This document shows, in pieces, positions 1 to 10,008 of a DNA stretch of 64,000 nt (its first letter is position 1; each line of letters starts with the position of its first letter). The stretch covers positions 192,001 through 256,000 of the forward strand of contig CAVVUS010000011.1 in assembly GCA_963751345.1 (NCBI GenBank). Reading direction: 5' to 3'. Source of the stretch: an uncultured Chloroflexia bacterium (lineage in GTDB: Bacteria > Chloroflexota > Anaerolineae > B4-G1 > SLSP01). A program made the translations under genes and the position numbers. A model generated the notes under the pieces. That model had not been told where the DNA came from, ran no database searches, and saw nothing but the letters and a program-made list of their open reading frames with translations.

Positions 1-349
1 GTAGATGAACGTTGATTGCCTGGGGTCCGCGATCGGTGTCGGTCACCTCGTACCAGACCCGTGCGTTCTCACCATACTCGGACGGCTCACCCTCCATAGC
101 ACTGCGGTGGAAAAAGATATCGCTTCCATCACGTTGGGTGATAAAGCCGAAGTGCTTGTCGTCCTGGTACCACTTCACCACGCCGGCCCGAAGCCCCGGG
201 CCGGTATCGGATTCCCCCCGGCACTTGGGACAACGCGTGGGGACTTCGGGTTCGAAACCCAGTCCTTGCTGCAGGCGTTGTTCCTCGACCCGGTAGACAA
301 AAGTGTCTCCGCAGTTCTCACAGGTCAGTAGTTGGTCACGAAACGGCAT
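1..349 (-). CDS. Zinc-ribbon (CxxC...CxxC) plus cold-shock domain fusion protein; 3' end runs off the window
   Basis: Not in the ORF track; translated by hand from ATG at 349 with a GGAG RBS upstream: MPFRDQLLTCENCGDTFVYRVEEQ...PTRCPKCR...GVVKWYQDDKHFGFITQRDGSDIFFHRSA...GPQAINVHL. Has RNP1 (KHFGFI) and RNP2 (IFFH) motifs. Confidence 0.85.
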   Translation of the reverse strand, partial: MPFRDQLLTCENCGDTFVYRVEEQRLQQGLGFEPEVPTRCPKCRGESDTGPGLRAGVVKWYQDDKHFGFITQRDGSDIFFHRSAMEGEPSEYGENARVWYEVTDTDRGPQAINVHL

Positions 350-501
350 GTATGTTCTCCAGTCAATGTACTGATACCACAATCCGGCACGCTGATCTCA
401 AACATCGATGATCGATCTGGACAAACTATACGTGGAAATGTGGGTTTCGACAAGTGGTCAGGCGCTTTGGTTGTGTTGATTTCTGAGCGTCGCGCGGTAA
501 A

Positions 502-1803
502 GTGAGTTGCATGCGCGAGCGAATTCGTGTCTGGCTGCGTCGGTGGCGTGTGGTCATCGTGGTGTTGGCCCTCTGTCTTCTGCTGGGGCAGGGCGGCCTC
601 CCGATGCAGGATTTGCAGACGAATCTGGAGACGATCACAGCGGGCCTGCGCTTCAACTTCTTCACGTGGGAGGTACGGGCGCTCGCAGGGAAGGTGGCCT
701 ACGGCCTCCTCTCGCCCCAACGATATATGAGCGACGAGGCCCAGAGCCGTTTCGTTCTCTCCTATCTGGATGACGTGGCCGAATCGAACCGACTGTCAAG
801 GGAAATCGATCACATTTACACGGATCCCTCGATCGAGGATCCCGAGGCCGCCAGTGCGGACGTGCGCGCGTCATTTGCGGCGCTCCGGCTCAAGATGGAC
901 AAGGAGGGGCCAATCGCCGAGGCCATCCTGCAGTCACAGGTCAGCCAGGTGCTCGCGAACGGCGGGCTGGGCGAGATGGCGTCGATCCTACCGCCGGTCG
1001 AGGGTACGTTCACACCGCTGCCCTACGTGTTAGTTGTATCTCCCAGGGCCGTTATCGAGAGCCTCAATCAGCAGCAGCTCGTCGCAGGCCTCACGGCGGC
1101 GCAACAGAATGACATCGAGACGGCGGTCATGGACGCGGAGCCCGATATGTCCGCGTATGTTACCGACATCGGGGGCCTCGCGGCCTATCCTGCCATGCTG
1201 TTGGAGAGCAGTTCCATCGACTGGGTCACCAATGTCGTGTCGCACGAGTGGACGCACCACTACCTGGAGTTTCATCCCCTTGGTTGGAACTACATGCGGA
1301 GCAGCGAGACCCGCACGATCAACGAGACGACGGCTGAGTTGATCGGGGGGTGGGCCGGGCAGCAGGTGATGCTCCGGTATTACGACCCGCTTCTCGACCG
1401 GACGAAGGAACTGCCCCAGCCGCTGGTGGCGCCGGCATCGCAGCCGGGGGGAGGGGGCGACGGTTTCGACTTCAACGCGGAGATGCACCACACCCGCGTC
1501 GTCGTGGATGGCTTGTTGGCTGAGGGCAAGGTGAAGCTCGCCGAGCAGTACATGGAACTGCAGCGGCGCTACTTCGTCGACAACGGCTACCAGATCCGGC
1601 GCCTGAACCAGGCGTACTTTGCGTTCCACGGTGCCTATGCCAGCACGCCGGGGGGCGCGGCGGGCGCGGACCCGATCGGTCCGTTGGTCCGCCGGATGTG
1701 GGCCCTGAGCGCGGAACCTTCCGACTTCCTGCGCAGCATCGCGCCGGTCACGTCGCTGCAGCAGCTGCAGAGCGTTGTGGACCGCGAACAGACGCCGGCG
1801 TGA
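502..1803 (+). CDS. Membrane-anchored putative zinc metallopeptidase (HExxH), conserved hypothetical
   Basis: N-terminal hydrophobic segment; HEWTH followed about 20 aa later by NETTA (gluzincin-like third ligand). ATG at 511 is an alternative start. Confidence 0.6.
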   Translation: MSCMRERIRVWLRRWRVVIVVLALCLLLGQGGLPMQDLQTNLETITAGLRFNFFTWEVRALAGKVAYGLLSPQRYMSDEAQSRFVLSYLDDVAESNRLSREIDHIYTDPSIEDPEAASADVRASFAALRLKMDKEGPIAEAILQSQVSQVLANGGLGEMASILPPVEGTFTPLPYVLVVSPRAVIESLNQQQLVAGLTAAQQNDIETAVMDAEPDMSAYVTDIGGLAAYPAMLLESSSIDWVTNVVSHEWTHHYLEFHPLGWNYMRSSETRTINETTAELIGGWAGQQVMLRYYDPLLDRTKELPQPLVAPASQPGGGGDGFDFNAEMHHTRVVVDGLLAEGKVKLAEQYMELQRRYFVDNGYQIRRLNQAYFAFHGAYASTPGGAAGADPIGPLVRRMWALSAEPSDFLRSIAPVTSLQQLQSVVDREQTPA

Positions 1804-1883
1804 GCCGCGCTGCTTCTGAGACGAACCCGCTCCCCGGACCCGCCGGCACCAGACGTCCGACGATCCGGCGTGGGGCGCATCCG

Positions 1884-1911
1884 TTGATATCCACTTCCGT
1901 TATGGTATAAT
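1884..1911 (+). promoter_or_regulatory. Sigma70-type promoter of the mre operon
   Basis: TTGATA-N16-TATAAT with extended -10 TG. Confidence 0.65.
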
Positions 1912-1951
1912 CCCTGGCGTTCTCCCCATGAATGTGAGGTCGAGGTATTGA

Positions 1952-3025
1952 TTGTTTAACCCAATAGATTGGCTTCTCGGGCTCTTTTCGCTCGACATAG
2001 GCATTGACCTAGGGACGGCGAATACGCTGGTCTACGTGCGCGGGAAGGGCATCGTCAGCAATGAGCCTTCCTGGGTTGCCCGTGACCGCAACAGCCGAAG
2101 GATACTGGCTGTGGGCGCCGAAGCCAAAGAGATGGTGGGCAAGACGCCCGCCAACATTGTGGCCATCCGCCCCCTTCGTGACGGCGTCATCTCGGAGTTT
2201 GACGTGACTGAGGTGATGCTGCGCTATTTCATCAGGAAAGCGCACGAGCAGCTCCTGATCCCCTATCCCCGCCCCCGCGTAGTCATCGGGATTCCGAGTG
2301 GTGTGACGGAGGTGGAGAAACGGGCTGTGCACGACGCCGCGCTGGAGGCAGGTGCTCGTGAGGCGTATCTGATCGAGGAACCGATGGCCGCGGCGCTGGG
2401 TGCCGGGTTACCTGTCACCGAGCCACAGGGCAGTATGATCGTGGATATCGGCGGCGGTACGACGGAGGTCGCCGTTTTCGCCCTGAAAGGCATTGTGGTC
2501 AGCCGCAGCCTGCGAATCGCCGGCGACGAGCTGGACGAGGATATCGTTCAGTACGCGCGCCAGAAGTATAACCTCGCCATCAGCGAGCGTATGGCCGAGC
2601 GGATCAAGATCAACATCGGCTCTGCCTATCCGCTGCCCGAGGAACTGACGATGGCTATGCGCGGACGTAACCTGATTACCGGGTTGCCCGAGGAAATCGA
2701 GATCAGCAGTATTGAGATCCGGGAGGCACTCAGCCGGTCGACGAACATTATCGTCGATCTAGTCCGTGATACCTTGGATGAGACGCCCCCCGAGTTGGTC
2801 TCCGATCTGATGGAGACCGGCGTCTGCCTTGCCGGTGGGGGTGGCCAACTCAAGGGATTGGCGGAGCGGATCAGCGAGGAGACGCACATTCGTGCCTGGG
2901 TAGCCCAGGAAGCGTTGACTTGCGTGGCCCGAGGTGCCGGTATGGTCCTGGAGGACTTCGAGTCACTTCGTGCGGCGCTCTCTTCGGAGGATAGCTGGCG
3001 GCCCGGAGGCTCGGCTTCCTGGTAG
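1952..3025 (+). CDS. mreB: Rod shape-determining protein MreB
   Basis: IGIDLGTANT, RPLRDGVI, VDIGGGTTE and LAGGG actin-fold motifs. Confidence 0.97.
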   Translation: MFNPIDWLLGLFSLDIGIDLGTANTLVYVRGKGIVSNEPSWVARDRNSRRILAVGAEAKEMVGKTPANIVAIRPLRDGVISEFDVTEVMLRYFIRKAHEQLLIPYPRPRVVIGIPSGVTEVEKRAVHDAALEAGAREAYLIEEPMAAALGAGLPVTEPQGSMIVDIGGGTTEVAVFALKGIVVSRSLRIAGDELDEDIVQYARQKYNLAISERMAERIKINIGSAYPLPEELTMAMRGRNLITGLPEEIEISSIEIREALSRSTNIIVDLVRDTLDETPPELVSDLMETGVCLAGGGGQLKGLAERISEETHIRAWVAQEALTCVARGAGMVLEDFESLRAALSSEDSWRPGGSASW

Positions 3026-3058
3026 CGGTCGTCGGGCCGCGAATCTGGTGACTGCAAG

Positions 3059-3934
3059 ATGAAACGCAATGGTGGTCCCTGGCTGGCCTGGGTCCTGCTC
3101 CTCCTTGCTCTGCTCCTCATCGTCCTCAGCGAATCCGGCACCCTCAACCCGGTCGAGAGCCTCCTCGGCTACGTCGTGGCCCCCCTGGAACGCGGCCTCT
3201 CGGGTGTTGTCGGTAGCCTCGGCTTTCTCACCCGTACAGCCCGTGACGCACAGGCGCTCCAGCAGCAGGTGGACGACCTCACGCGTGAGAATGAGGTGCT
3301 GGTTCAGGAGAACTTTCGTCTGCGCGAGTATCACGCTGAGAATGAGGAGCTGCGCCGTCAGCTCAACTATCAGCAGGAGAACCCCACGCTTGGCCTTCTT
3401 GGTGCCGATGTGGTCGGGCAGGAGTGCACTACCTATCCGTGTGGCGACGTCGTAGGGCAGGACGTCAACCCTTATCTGAGATATCTCGTCATCAACGTCG
3501 GGTCACGGGACGGCGTTGCGGTCGGCATGCCCGTCGTGACTGGAGGTGCCGCAATGGTCGGGCGGATTGCCCGGACCTCGCCGAATCTCTCCTACGTGCA
3601 GCTGGTCAATGACCCACAGAGCCAGGTTGCCGCGATGCTCCAGCAGTCGCGTGTCACGGGCATCGTAGAAGGGTCCGACGAAGGGGTGTTGGTGATGACC
3701 GACATCCTGCCGGATGAGCAGGTTACCGAAGGTGAGACGATCATTACGTCGTCTATCGGCGGTCTTCTGCCGCGGGGACTCATTCTGGGACAGGTGGAAA
3801 GCATCAGCTACCAGGAATCGGACCTGTTTCAGCGAGCGGCGGTCCGCTCGGCTGTGGATTTCCGGCACATCGAGACGGTATTGGTGATCACGGAGTTCCC
3901 GCAGCCGGACCTGGAAGAGCTGACCGCGCCATGA
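3059..3934 (+). CDS. mreC: Rod shape-determining protein MreC
   Basis: TM helix, coiled coil, INVGSRDGVAVGMPVV, TSSIGGLLPRGLILG; follows mreB. Confidence 0.93.
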   Translation: MKRNGGPWLAWVLLLLALLLIVLSESGTLNPVESLLGYVVAPLERGLSGVVGSLGFLTRTARDAQALQQQVDDLTRENEVLVQENFRLREYHAENEELRRQLNYQQENPTLGLLGADVVGQECTTYPCGDVVGQDVNPYLRYLVINVGSRDGVAVGMPVVTGGAAMVGRIARTSPNLSYVQLVNDPQSQVAAMLQQSRVTGIVEGSDEGVLVMTDILPDEQVTEGETIITSSIGGLLPRGLILGQVESISYQESDLFQRAAVRSAVDFRHIETVLVITEFPQPDLEELTAP

Positions 3935-4437
3935 GCCTCTATTTCGGCATCCCGATTCTGCTGTTGGCTGCTGTACTGCAGAGTGTCTGGGTGGACGGCA
4001 TCCGCGTCATTGGGGGGCGGCCCGATTTGGTGCTGCTGTTGGTCGTGACTTGGTCGATCATCCGAGGCGCGAACGAAGGGGCACTGTGGGGCTTCATCGG
4101 TGGCATGTTCTGTGATCTTCTGTCGGGCAGCGGTTTCGGCCTGTGGACGGTGTCACTGACGGCGGTCGGTCTCCTGGTAGGGCAGCCGTGGGTGCATTCA
4201 CTGGGGCCCACCGTGATTCGGCTCGCGTTGATGTCGGCCGTTGGGACTCTGTTTGGGCATCTGGTGCTGCTGTTGACAATGTCGCTCCTGGGATACGCCG
4301 TTGAGATCGGTCGCGGCATACAGACTGTGGCCGGGCCGGCTGCCGTACTTAACCTGTTGCTCTCCCCATTTGCGTTTTCTTTCCTCGTTTGGTTCCACCA
4401 ACGATCCGGACGTCGCCTCGGAGGTTTTGCCGCGTGA
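3931..4437 (+). CDS. mreD: Rod shape-determining protein MreD
   Basis: Polytopic membrane protein with RPDLVLL and GALWGFIGGMFCDLLS; overlaps the mreC stop codon. Confidence 0.92.
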   Translation: MSLYFGIPILLLAAVLQSVWVDGIRVIGGRPDLVLLLVVTWSIIRGANEGALWGFIGGMFCDLLSGSGFGLWTVSLTAVGLLVGQPWVHSLGPTVIRLALMSAVGTLFGHLVLLLTMSLLGYAVEIGRGIQTVAGPAAVLNLLLSPFAFSFLVWFHQRSGRRLGGFAA

Positions 4438-4461
4438 GCCGCTGGCTGGGATCTGGGATCG

Positions 4462-6645
4462 GTGGGACACACGGGGCGTGCCTGGGACAACCAGGGTCGC
4501 GATGAATCCGGAGCGTCCCGCCCTGTCTGGGTGCTCGAGGCGCCGCGGATCGCGATCGTGGGCTGGGTGATCCTGTTGATCCTGGGTCTCTATCTGATCC
4601 GCCTGTGGCAACTGCAGTTCCTGGAGGGAGGTTCGTGGCGCGCGCGGGCCGTCCAACAGCAGAGTCGTCTCGATGCGGTCAGTCCGCCGCGGGGCGTGAT
4701 CTACGATCGCAATGGCGAGATTCTGGTGCGAAATGTGCCGGCCTACGACGTCACGATCACGCCGGGGAATCTGCCCGATGATCCGGAGCGCGAGCGAGAC
4801 GTGCTGATGTGGCTGTCACAGCTGCTCGACATCCCGTATTCCACGACGGAGGGCTTTGATCTTCCGGAGTACAGGCCGGAGATCAGCGCTGTGGGGAGGT
4901 CCGAGTACGCGCCGTTTGGGAAGGCTCCTGAGCCGGGCCTGCTGGAGATGGTGAATGAGGTCCGGTGGCTGGAGCCCTACGCGCCGATCGTCGTGGCCCA
5001 GAACGTCGATCGCGATCTTGCGCTGCTGATCGCCCAGGAGAGCGGCGTCACGATGCCGGGGGTAGGTATTGAGACCATCTCTCGTCGGCGGTACACGTAC
5101 GGCGAGTTGACCTCCCAGATATTGGGTTTCCTGGGTCCGATCCCGCCGGAGAGTGTCGTAGAGTACGAGCAGAAGGGCTACAACGCAAACGTCGACCGCA
5201 TCGGGTATGCGGGCATTGAGGCCCAGCTAGAGGAGTCGCTCCGCGGCATTCCTGGCCGTAGGGTCATCGAGAAGGACGTCTTGGGGCAGGAGCTGAACGT
5301 GTTGAGCGAGACCGCGCCGACTCCGGGGGACAACGTCTATTTGACGTTGGACATCCAACTACAGACCGTGGCCCAGGAGGCGCTGGCACAGGGCCTGGCC
5401 GATGCGGGGTCACAGCGTGGTGTGGTAGTGGCGCTGGACCCACGGGATGGTGAGGTGCTCGCGATGACCAGCTTGCCGACCTACGATGACAATATGTTCA
5501 GCAAGAAGCTGGACACGGACGACTATGATCAACTGCTCAAGGACCCCCACCATCCCTTTCTGAATCACGCCATTGCCGACCAGGTCCCTCCGGGATCGAC
5601 GTTCAAGATTGTCCCGGCAACGGCCGGCCTCCAGGAAGGTGTGATCAACCGGGTCACGACGCTCAACTGCCCCGGAGAGATGTTCCTGCCCAACAAGTTC
5701 GCTCCCGATGACGCGAGCCTCGCGCAGCCTTTCTACTGCTGGCTGTACCTGCAGAATGGATATGGCCACGGCCCGCTCAACGTCGTAGATGCACTTGCGC
5801 AGTCGTGCGACATCTTCTTCTACAAGCTGGGTGGCGGCTTTGCGCAGGATAGCTTCGAGGGGCTCGGCGTCGATCGCCTGGCTCACTATGCCACAGAGTT
5901 CGGCCTCGGAAACCCGAGCGGGCTGGATATCCCGGGAGAGGCCGCGGGCCTGGTACCCACCCCGCAGTGGAAACGCCAGACCTATCAGGAAACCTGGACG
6001 ACCGGCAATACCTATAACCTCTCGATCGGTCAGGGCGATCTTCTGGTGACGCCCCTGCAGATGGCCAACGCGCTCGCAGTGGTAGCCAACGGCGGCGTGC
6101 TCTACAAGCCGCAGCTCATCCAGCACATCGACGACGCCGCGGGGCACACGATCCGGCCTTTCACACCGGCGATCAGCCATACGCTTCAGGTCGACCAGGC
6201 TGTCTGGCAGGTCGTGCGCCAAGGCATCGATCTCGCGGTCTCCCCGACAGGGACCGGGAGCCGAGCTGAGCTGGACGAGACCCTCGGGATCAACCTCGCC
6301 GGAAAGACGGGCACGGCCGAGTATTGCGATGATATCGCACTCGCGGCGGGGCTGTGCGACGTGGCAGAGGGCCAGACGCTGCCCACCCACGCCTGGTTTA
6401 TGGCCTATGGCCCCGTGGAATCGCCGGAGATCGTCGTCCTGGCCTGGGTCTATGATGGCGGCGAGGGATCCGTCACGGCTGCGCCGATCGTCAAGGAAGT
6501 TCTCGACTTCTACTTCCGTCGTGAGCTAGGCCTGCTGGGGGCGGAAGAGACGCCCGCCGAGGGTGAGGGGGTCGCGACGCCCGAAGTGCCCGATGCGACC
6601 CTGCCCGTGCCGGTAGAGCCCACTCCGGTCGTCACCAATCCCTGA
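4462..6645 (+). CDS. mrdA: Penicillin-binding protein 2
   Basis: RLWQLQ, RGVIYDRNG, SxxK (STFK), SCD and KTGTAE motifs; Pro/Thr-rich C-terminal tail. Confidence 0.93.
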   Translation: MGHTGRAWDNQGRDESGASRPVWVLEAPRIAIVGWVILLILGLYLIRLWQLQFLEGGSWRARAVQQQSRLDAVSPPRGVIYDRNGEILVRNVPAYDVTITPGNLPDDPERERDVLMWLSQLLDIPYSTTEGFDLPEYRPEISAVGRSEYAPFGKAPEPGLLEMVNEVRWLEPYAPIVVAQNVDRDLALLIAQESGVTMPGVGIETISRRRYTYGELTSQILGFLGPIPPESVVEYEQKGYNANVDRIGYAGIEAQLEESLRGIPGRRVIEKDVLGQELNVLSETAPTPGDNVYLTLDIQLQTVAQEALAQGLADAGSQRGVVVALDPRDGEVLAMTSLPTYDDNMFSKKLDTDDYDQLLKDPHHPFLNHAIADQVPPGSTFKIVPATAGLQEGVINRVTTLNCPGEMFLPNKFAPDDASLAQPFYCWLYLQNGYGHGPLNVVDALAQSCDIFFYKLGGGFAQDSFEGLGVDRLAHYATEFGLGNPSGLDIPGEAAGLVPTPQWKRQTYQETWTTGNTYNLSIGQGDLLVTPLQMANALAVVANGGVLYKPQLIQHIDDAAGHTIRPFTPAISHTLQVDQAVWQVVRQGIDLAVSPTGTGSRAELDETLGINLAGKTGTAEYCDDIALAAGLCDVAEGQTLPTHAWFMAYGPVESPEIVVLAWVYDGGEGSVTAAPIVKEVLDFYFRRELGLLGAEETPAEGEGVATPEVPDATLPVPVEPTPVVTNP

Positions 6646-6658
6646 GGTCGGCTCTGCT

Positions 6659-9600
6659 GTGGCCAGGGGGCAGACCACGAACTCGCCAATGATGCTCAGC
6701 CGCTCGTCCGCGGGCCCGCGATGGCTTGTCGGGGGGCTGTCTCTCACCGGGGGCGCTGTCTGGGGGCTGGCGGCGGCTCGCACCCTCGCCCTGGATCTGC
6801 ATTGGGCCTTCTGCTACAGCCTGGCGGCGGCTATCCTCGGGGCGCTCCTCGGTGGTCTGGCCGTGGCCGTGCTCGGTTCTCTTCTCCGTGTTCCTTTCGG
6901 ACAGAACGACCGTAGACTTCTGACGGTCATTGCGCTCTACCTTCCCCTGGTCGATCTGCTCAGCGAGACCTATCAGCCCTGGCGTGGGCCCCTGCTGCTT
7001 CTCGCGGCGCCACTGACGTTGGGGCTGAGCCTTGCCCGCCCCACCAAGGCCCTGTGGCTTTCCCTGGCCATTGTCGTGCCCCTTGCCGTCTACCTGCCCG
7101 ACGTCTCGCCCTACGTGGGCCGCGCCGATACCTTTGAGTTCCAGGTCATCGGGCCGCAGTTGGGGATTGCTCATCCGAGTGGCTATCCTCTCTACACGTT
7201 GCTGTGCAAGCTGTTCTCACTGGTACCCTTTGGGAGCATCGCCTGGCGGGTCAATCTCACCTCGGCCTGTTCTGCGGCATTGGCCTCCGGAGCACTTTAC
7301 CTGAGCCTCGACCGACGGAAGCCCGGGCCGGGGGCTGAGACCTCCCGCTTCCTGGCCTTCGTCACCGCGCTGATGATGGCTTTCTCGCCCACGCTTTGGT
7401 CTCGGGCCATAGAGGCCGAGGTGTACGCTCTGAACGCTCTGCTGATCGCCCTGGGTCTCCTGTTGGTCACCCAATGGACTGACGGCAAGCTGCAGACGCG
7501 ACTGGCGTGGCCTGCCTTCGGGCTGCTCCTCGGCCTCGCGGTGGCGGCCCATATTACGCTGGGAGCTCTGGCCTTTTTCGCCCTCGCGGGACTCCTCGCG
7601 GCGAGGGTCAAGCCCGCCGGTCGGACCTGGATCTGGGCCATCGGCCTGGGTGCTCTCGGGCTGATGCTCTATGCCTACATTCCGCTGCGCTGGCCCGCGG
7701 TGACGGGGGGAGCGGTCATGTCGCCCGCCGACTTCGTCCGCTACGTCCTGAATGCCGGTTCCGGCGGTGCCCTCCGCCCGCTAGCCTTCGTCCAGGATGC
7801 CGGGCGCTGGTCGCTGGTCGGCCGTCTTCTCCGTGAGCAGGTCGGGTGGTTCGGCCTCGCGTTCGCCGCAATCGGGCTCCTCTCATTGGGGCGCGACCGC
7901 CCGTGGATCGCTGCGGGCACGCTGGCATCCTTCGCTGCCTGGGTCTGGTTCAGCCTCAGTTTCTATGTCGCGGAGCCCGACTACTCCGCGTTCCTGATCC
8001 CCGCGCACGTGGTACTCACTTTCTGGTTGGGCCTTGGCCTGCAGATGCTCTATCGTGCGTTGGTCTCGTGGAGGGGGCTGAGCGATTCCGGCGCCTCACG
8101 TGCGGGGCACCTCGCGGCCGTATTGGGGCCTGCCTTGGCCGCGTTTGCCCTCTACTTTGGCCTGCGGCAGATCTGGACGACCGGTCCAACGCTGGACACG
8201 CTCACCCAGGGCCGCACCGACGAGAGCTGGGCGCGATATGTGCTGCAGCTTCCCCTCGACCAGGGCGCGGCGATTCTGGCAGACAGCGAGAAGTTCCCGC
8301 CGCTCTATTACCTGCAGCAGATCGAGGGCATCCGACCGGATCTCGAATTGGTCACGCTCTTCAGTGAGCAGCAGTATCGCGAGGCGCTGGAGCAGCGGCT
8401 GGGCGAGGGCCGGCGCGTCTACCTGGCCCGATACCTGCCGGGCATGGACGCATATGGCGTGAGCTCTGTCGGCCCGTTGGTCGCGGTTGCCCCCGACACC
8501 ACGCAGATATCCGATGAGGATGGGATCGCCAGCTTTGGCAGTTCTCTGGAGCTCGTGAGCTATCACGTTGTGCCGGACCCGCTTTCCCGTCCGATGGTGC
8601 ACGTCACACTGACCTGGCGGGCAATGTCTGTGGTGCGCGAGGATCTGGAAGTGCGCCTTCGGCTCGTCGATTCTGGCGGCGCTGTCCTCTGGGAGACCAT
8701 CGAGGGTCGACCGGTGAGCGGCTATACGACGACGCAGGCGTGGGCAGTGGGATCGGTGGTGGATGACTACCACGCGCTCGCGTGGCCCGATTGGGTTCCT
8801 GCCGGTGATTATTCCTTGGAGGTGGGCCTCTTCCCGCGTTTTCAGGACGACGGGCTACCGGTGGGAGGCGGGGGTACCCCATGGTATGCCCTTGGTCCGG
8901 TGACGGTGAGTGCGCAGGACGTCGAGCCGTCTCCGCCCCGCCTGGACGTGCTTGTGGATGGTGCGACGTGGCTGCTGGGGGCCAATCACCCGACCGAGGT
9001 CCAGGCGGGGATGCCGCTGAATCTCGATCTCGTGTGGCTATGTCGCGAGCCCGGAACCGCTGAAGCGGTTACTACGAACCTGACCTCCGGGGTTGGTAGT
9101 AACGACTTCAGTCGTTCTGTCCGGGGAGAGGGGATCCTGGATCTGCGCTGGGTGCCCGCCGACGGTTCTCAGCCCTCGGTGGACCAGCCCCTGCTCGCCC
9201 GCGGGCAGGGCGATCGGACCACGCCCTGTGCGACGACCGCGCCAGGTCCGACGGCGCGACGCTATACTGTGGTGGCACCGCCAACGGTGGGGCGCTACAG
9301 TCTTGAGATCGTGGATCCCCAGGGCAGCCGGCGTCGGTGCATCCTTGCGCTGCAGGTGGCCCGGCCCGGCGCAGGATAGCTGTCCCCTCGGCGTCGTCAC
9401 GGTGGTGCCCGCCGCGGCGGGACTGGCGAACTTCGACGACAAGATCCTGCTGCTGGATGCGGACCTCGATGCCGGTGGCGTGCCTGCGGGGGGACCCTTG
9501 AGCGTCAACCTGACCTGGCGTCCTCTGCAGAGCTTGTCCCTGGATTACACCGTCTTCGTCCAGGTGCTTGGCCCCGACGGCAAGCTCTACGGGCAAGTCG

Positions 9601-9824
9601 ATAGTTGGCCGGTCCAGGGCGCACGGCCTACGAGCGGGTGGCAGCCGTCGGAGGAGATCGTGGATCCCTACCGGTTCTACGTCAAGACGGACGGGCCGGC
9701 GGGCGACTACAGGGTCGTCGTCGGCTGGTATCTGCTGGCGGACATGACACGGCTGCCCCTGGTGGATGCGATGGGTCACGCGACCGGAGATTTCTACGTC
9801 GCCGGCACCTTTCGGATGCCCTGA
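6659..9824 (+). CDS. DUF2723 (TMEM260/GT117-like GT-C fold) membrane glycosyltransferase with C-terminal Ig-like domains; frameshift near 9320
   Basis: DTFEF, LGIAHPSGYPLY and AIEAEVY motifs; many TM helices; ORF 9093..9824 supplies a C-terminal domain (LTWRPL..DYTVFVQVL..GQVDSWP) that repeats the upstream beta domain. Confidence 0.8.
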
Positions 9825-9931
9825 CCGGCCCTGCAGAGGCCGGCAGTGGGCGATACACAGGAGGCGCCTCCGCGTGGGCCGTCGCTCCACAAGCAGGCAT
9901 CCTCATAGCCTTCCCTTCTCGGATTTTGGTC

Positions 9932-9986
9932 TTGACACACCCGGAAAGCACAGTATTATTTAGACGGCTAACGATTAGATAGCATA
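9932..9986 (+). promoter_or_regulatory. Promoter and putative MarR-type operator of the ABC exporter
   Basis: TTGACA-N16-TATTAT followed by palindrome TTAG-ACGG-CTAA (9960-9971) and a partial second copy TTAGATAGCATA. Confidence 0.55.
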
Positions 9987-10008
9987 TAAGTGAGGGAAGG
10001 AGGACGGC

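Noticed and set aside
5-331. Plus-strand 108-aa ORF
   Set aside because: Antisense shadow of the minus-strand zinc-ribbon/cold-shock gene
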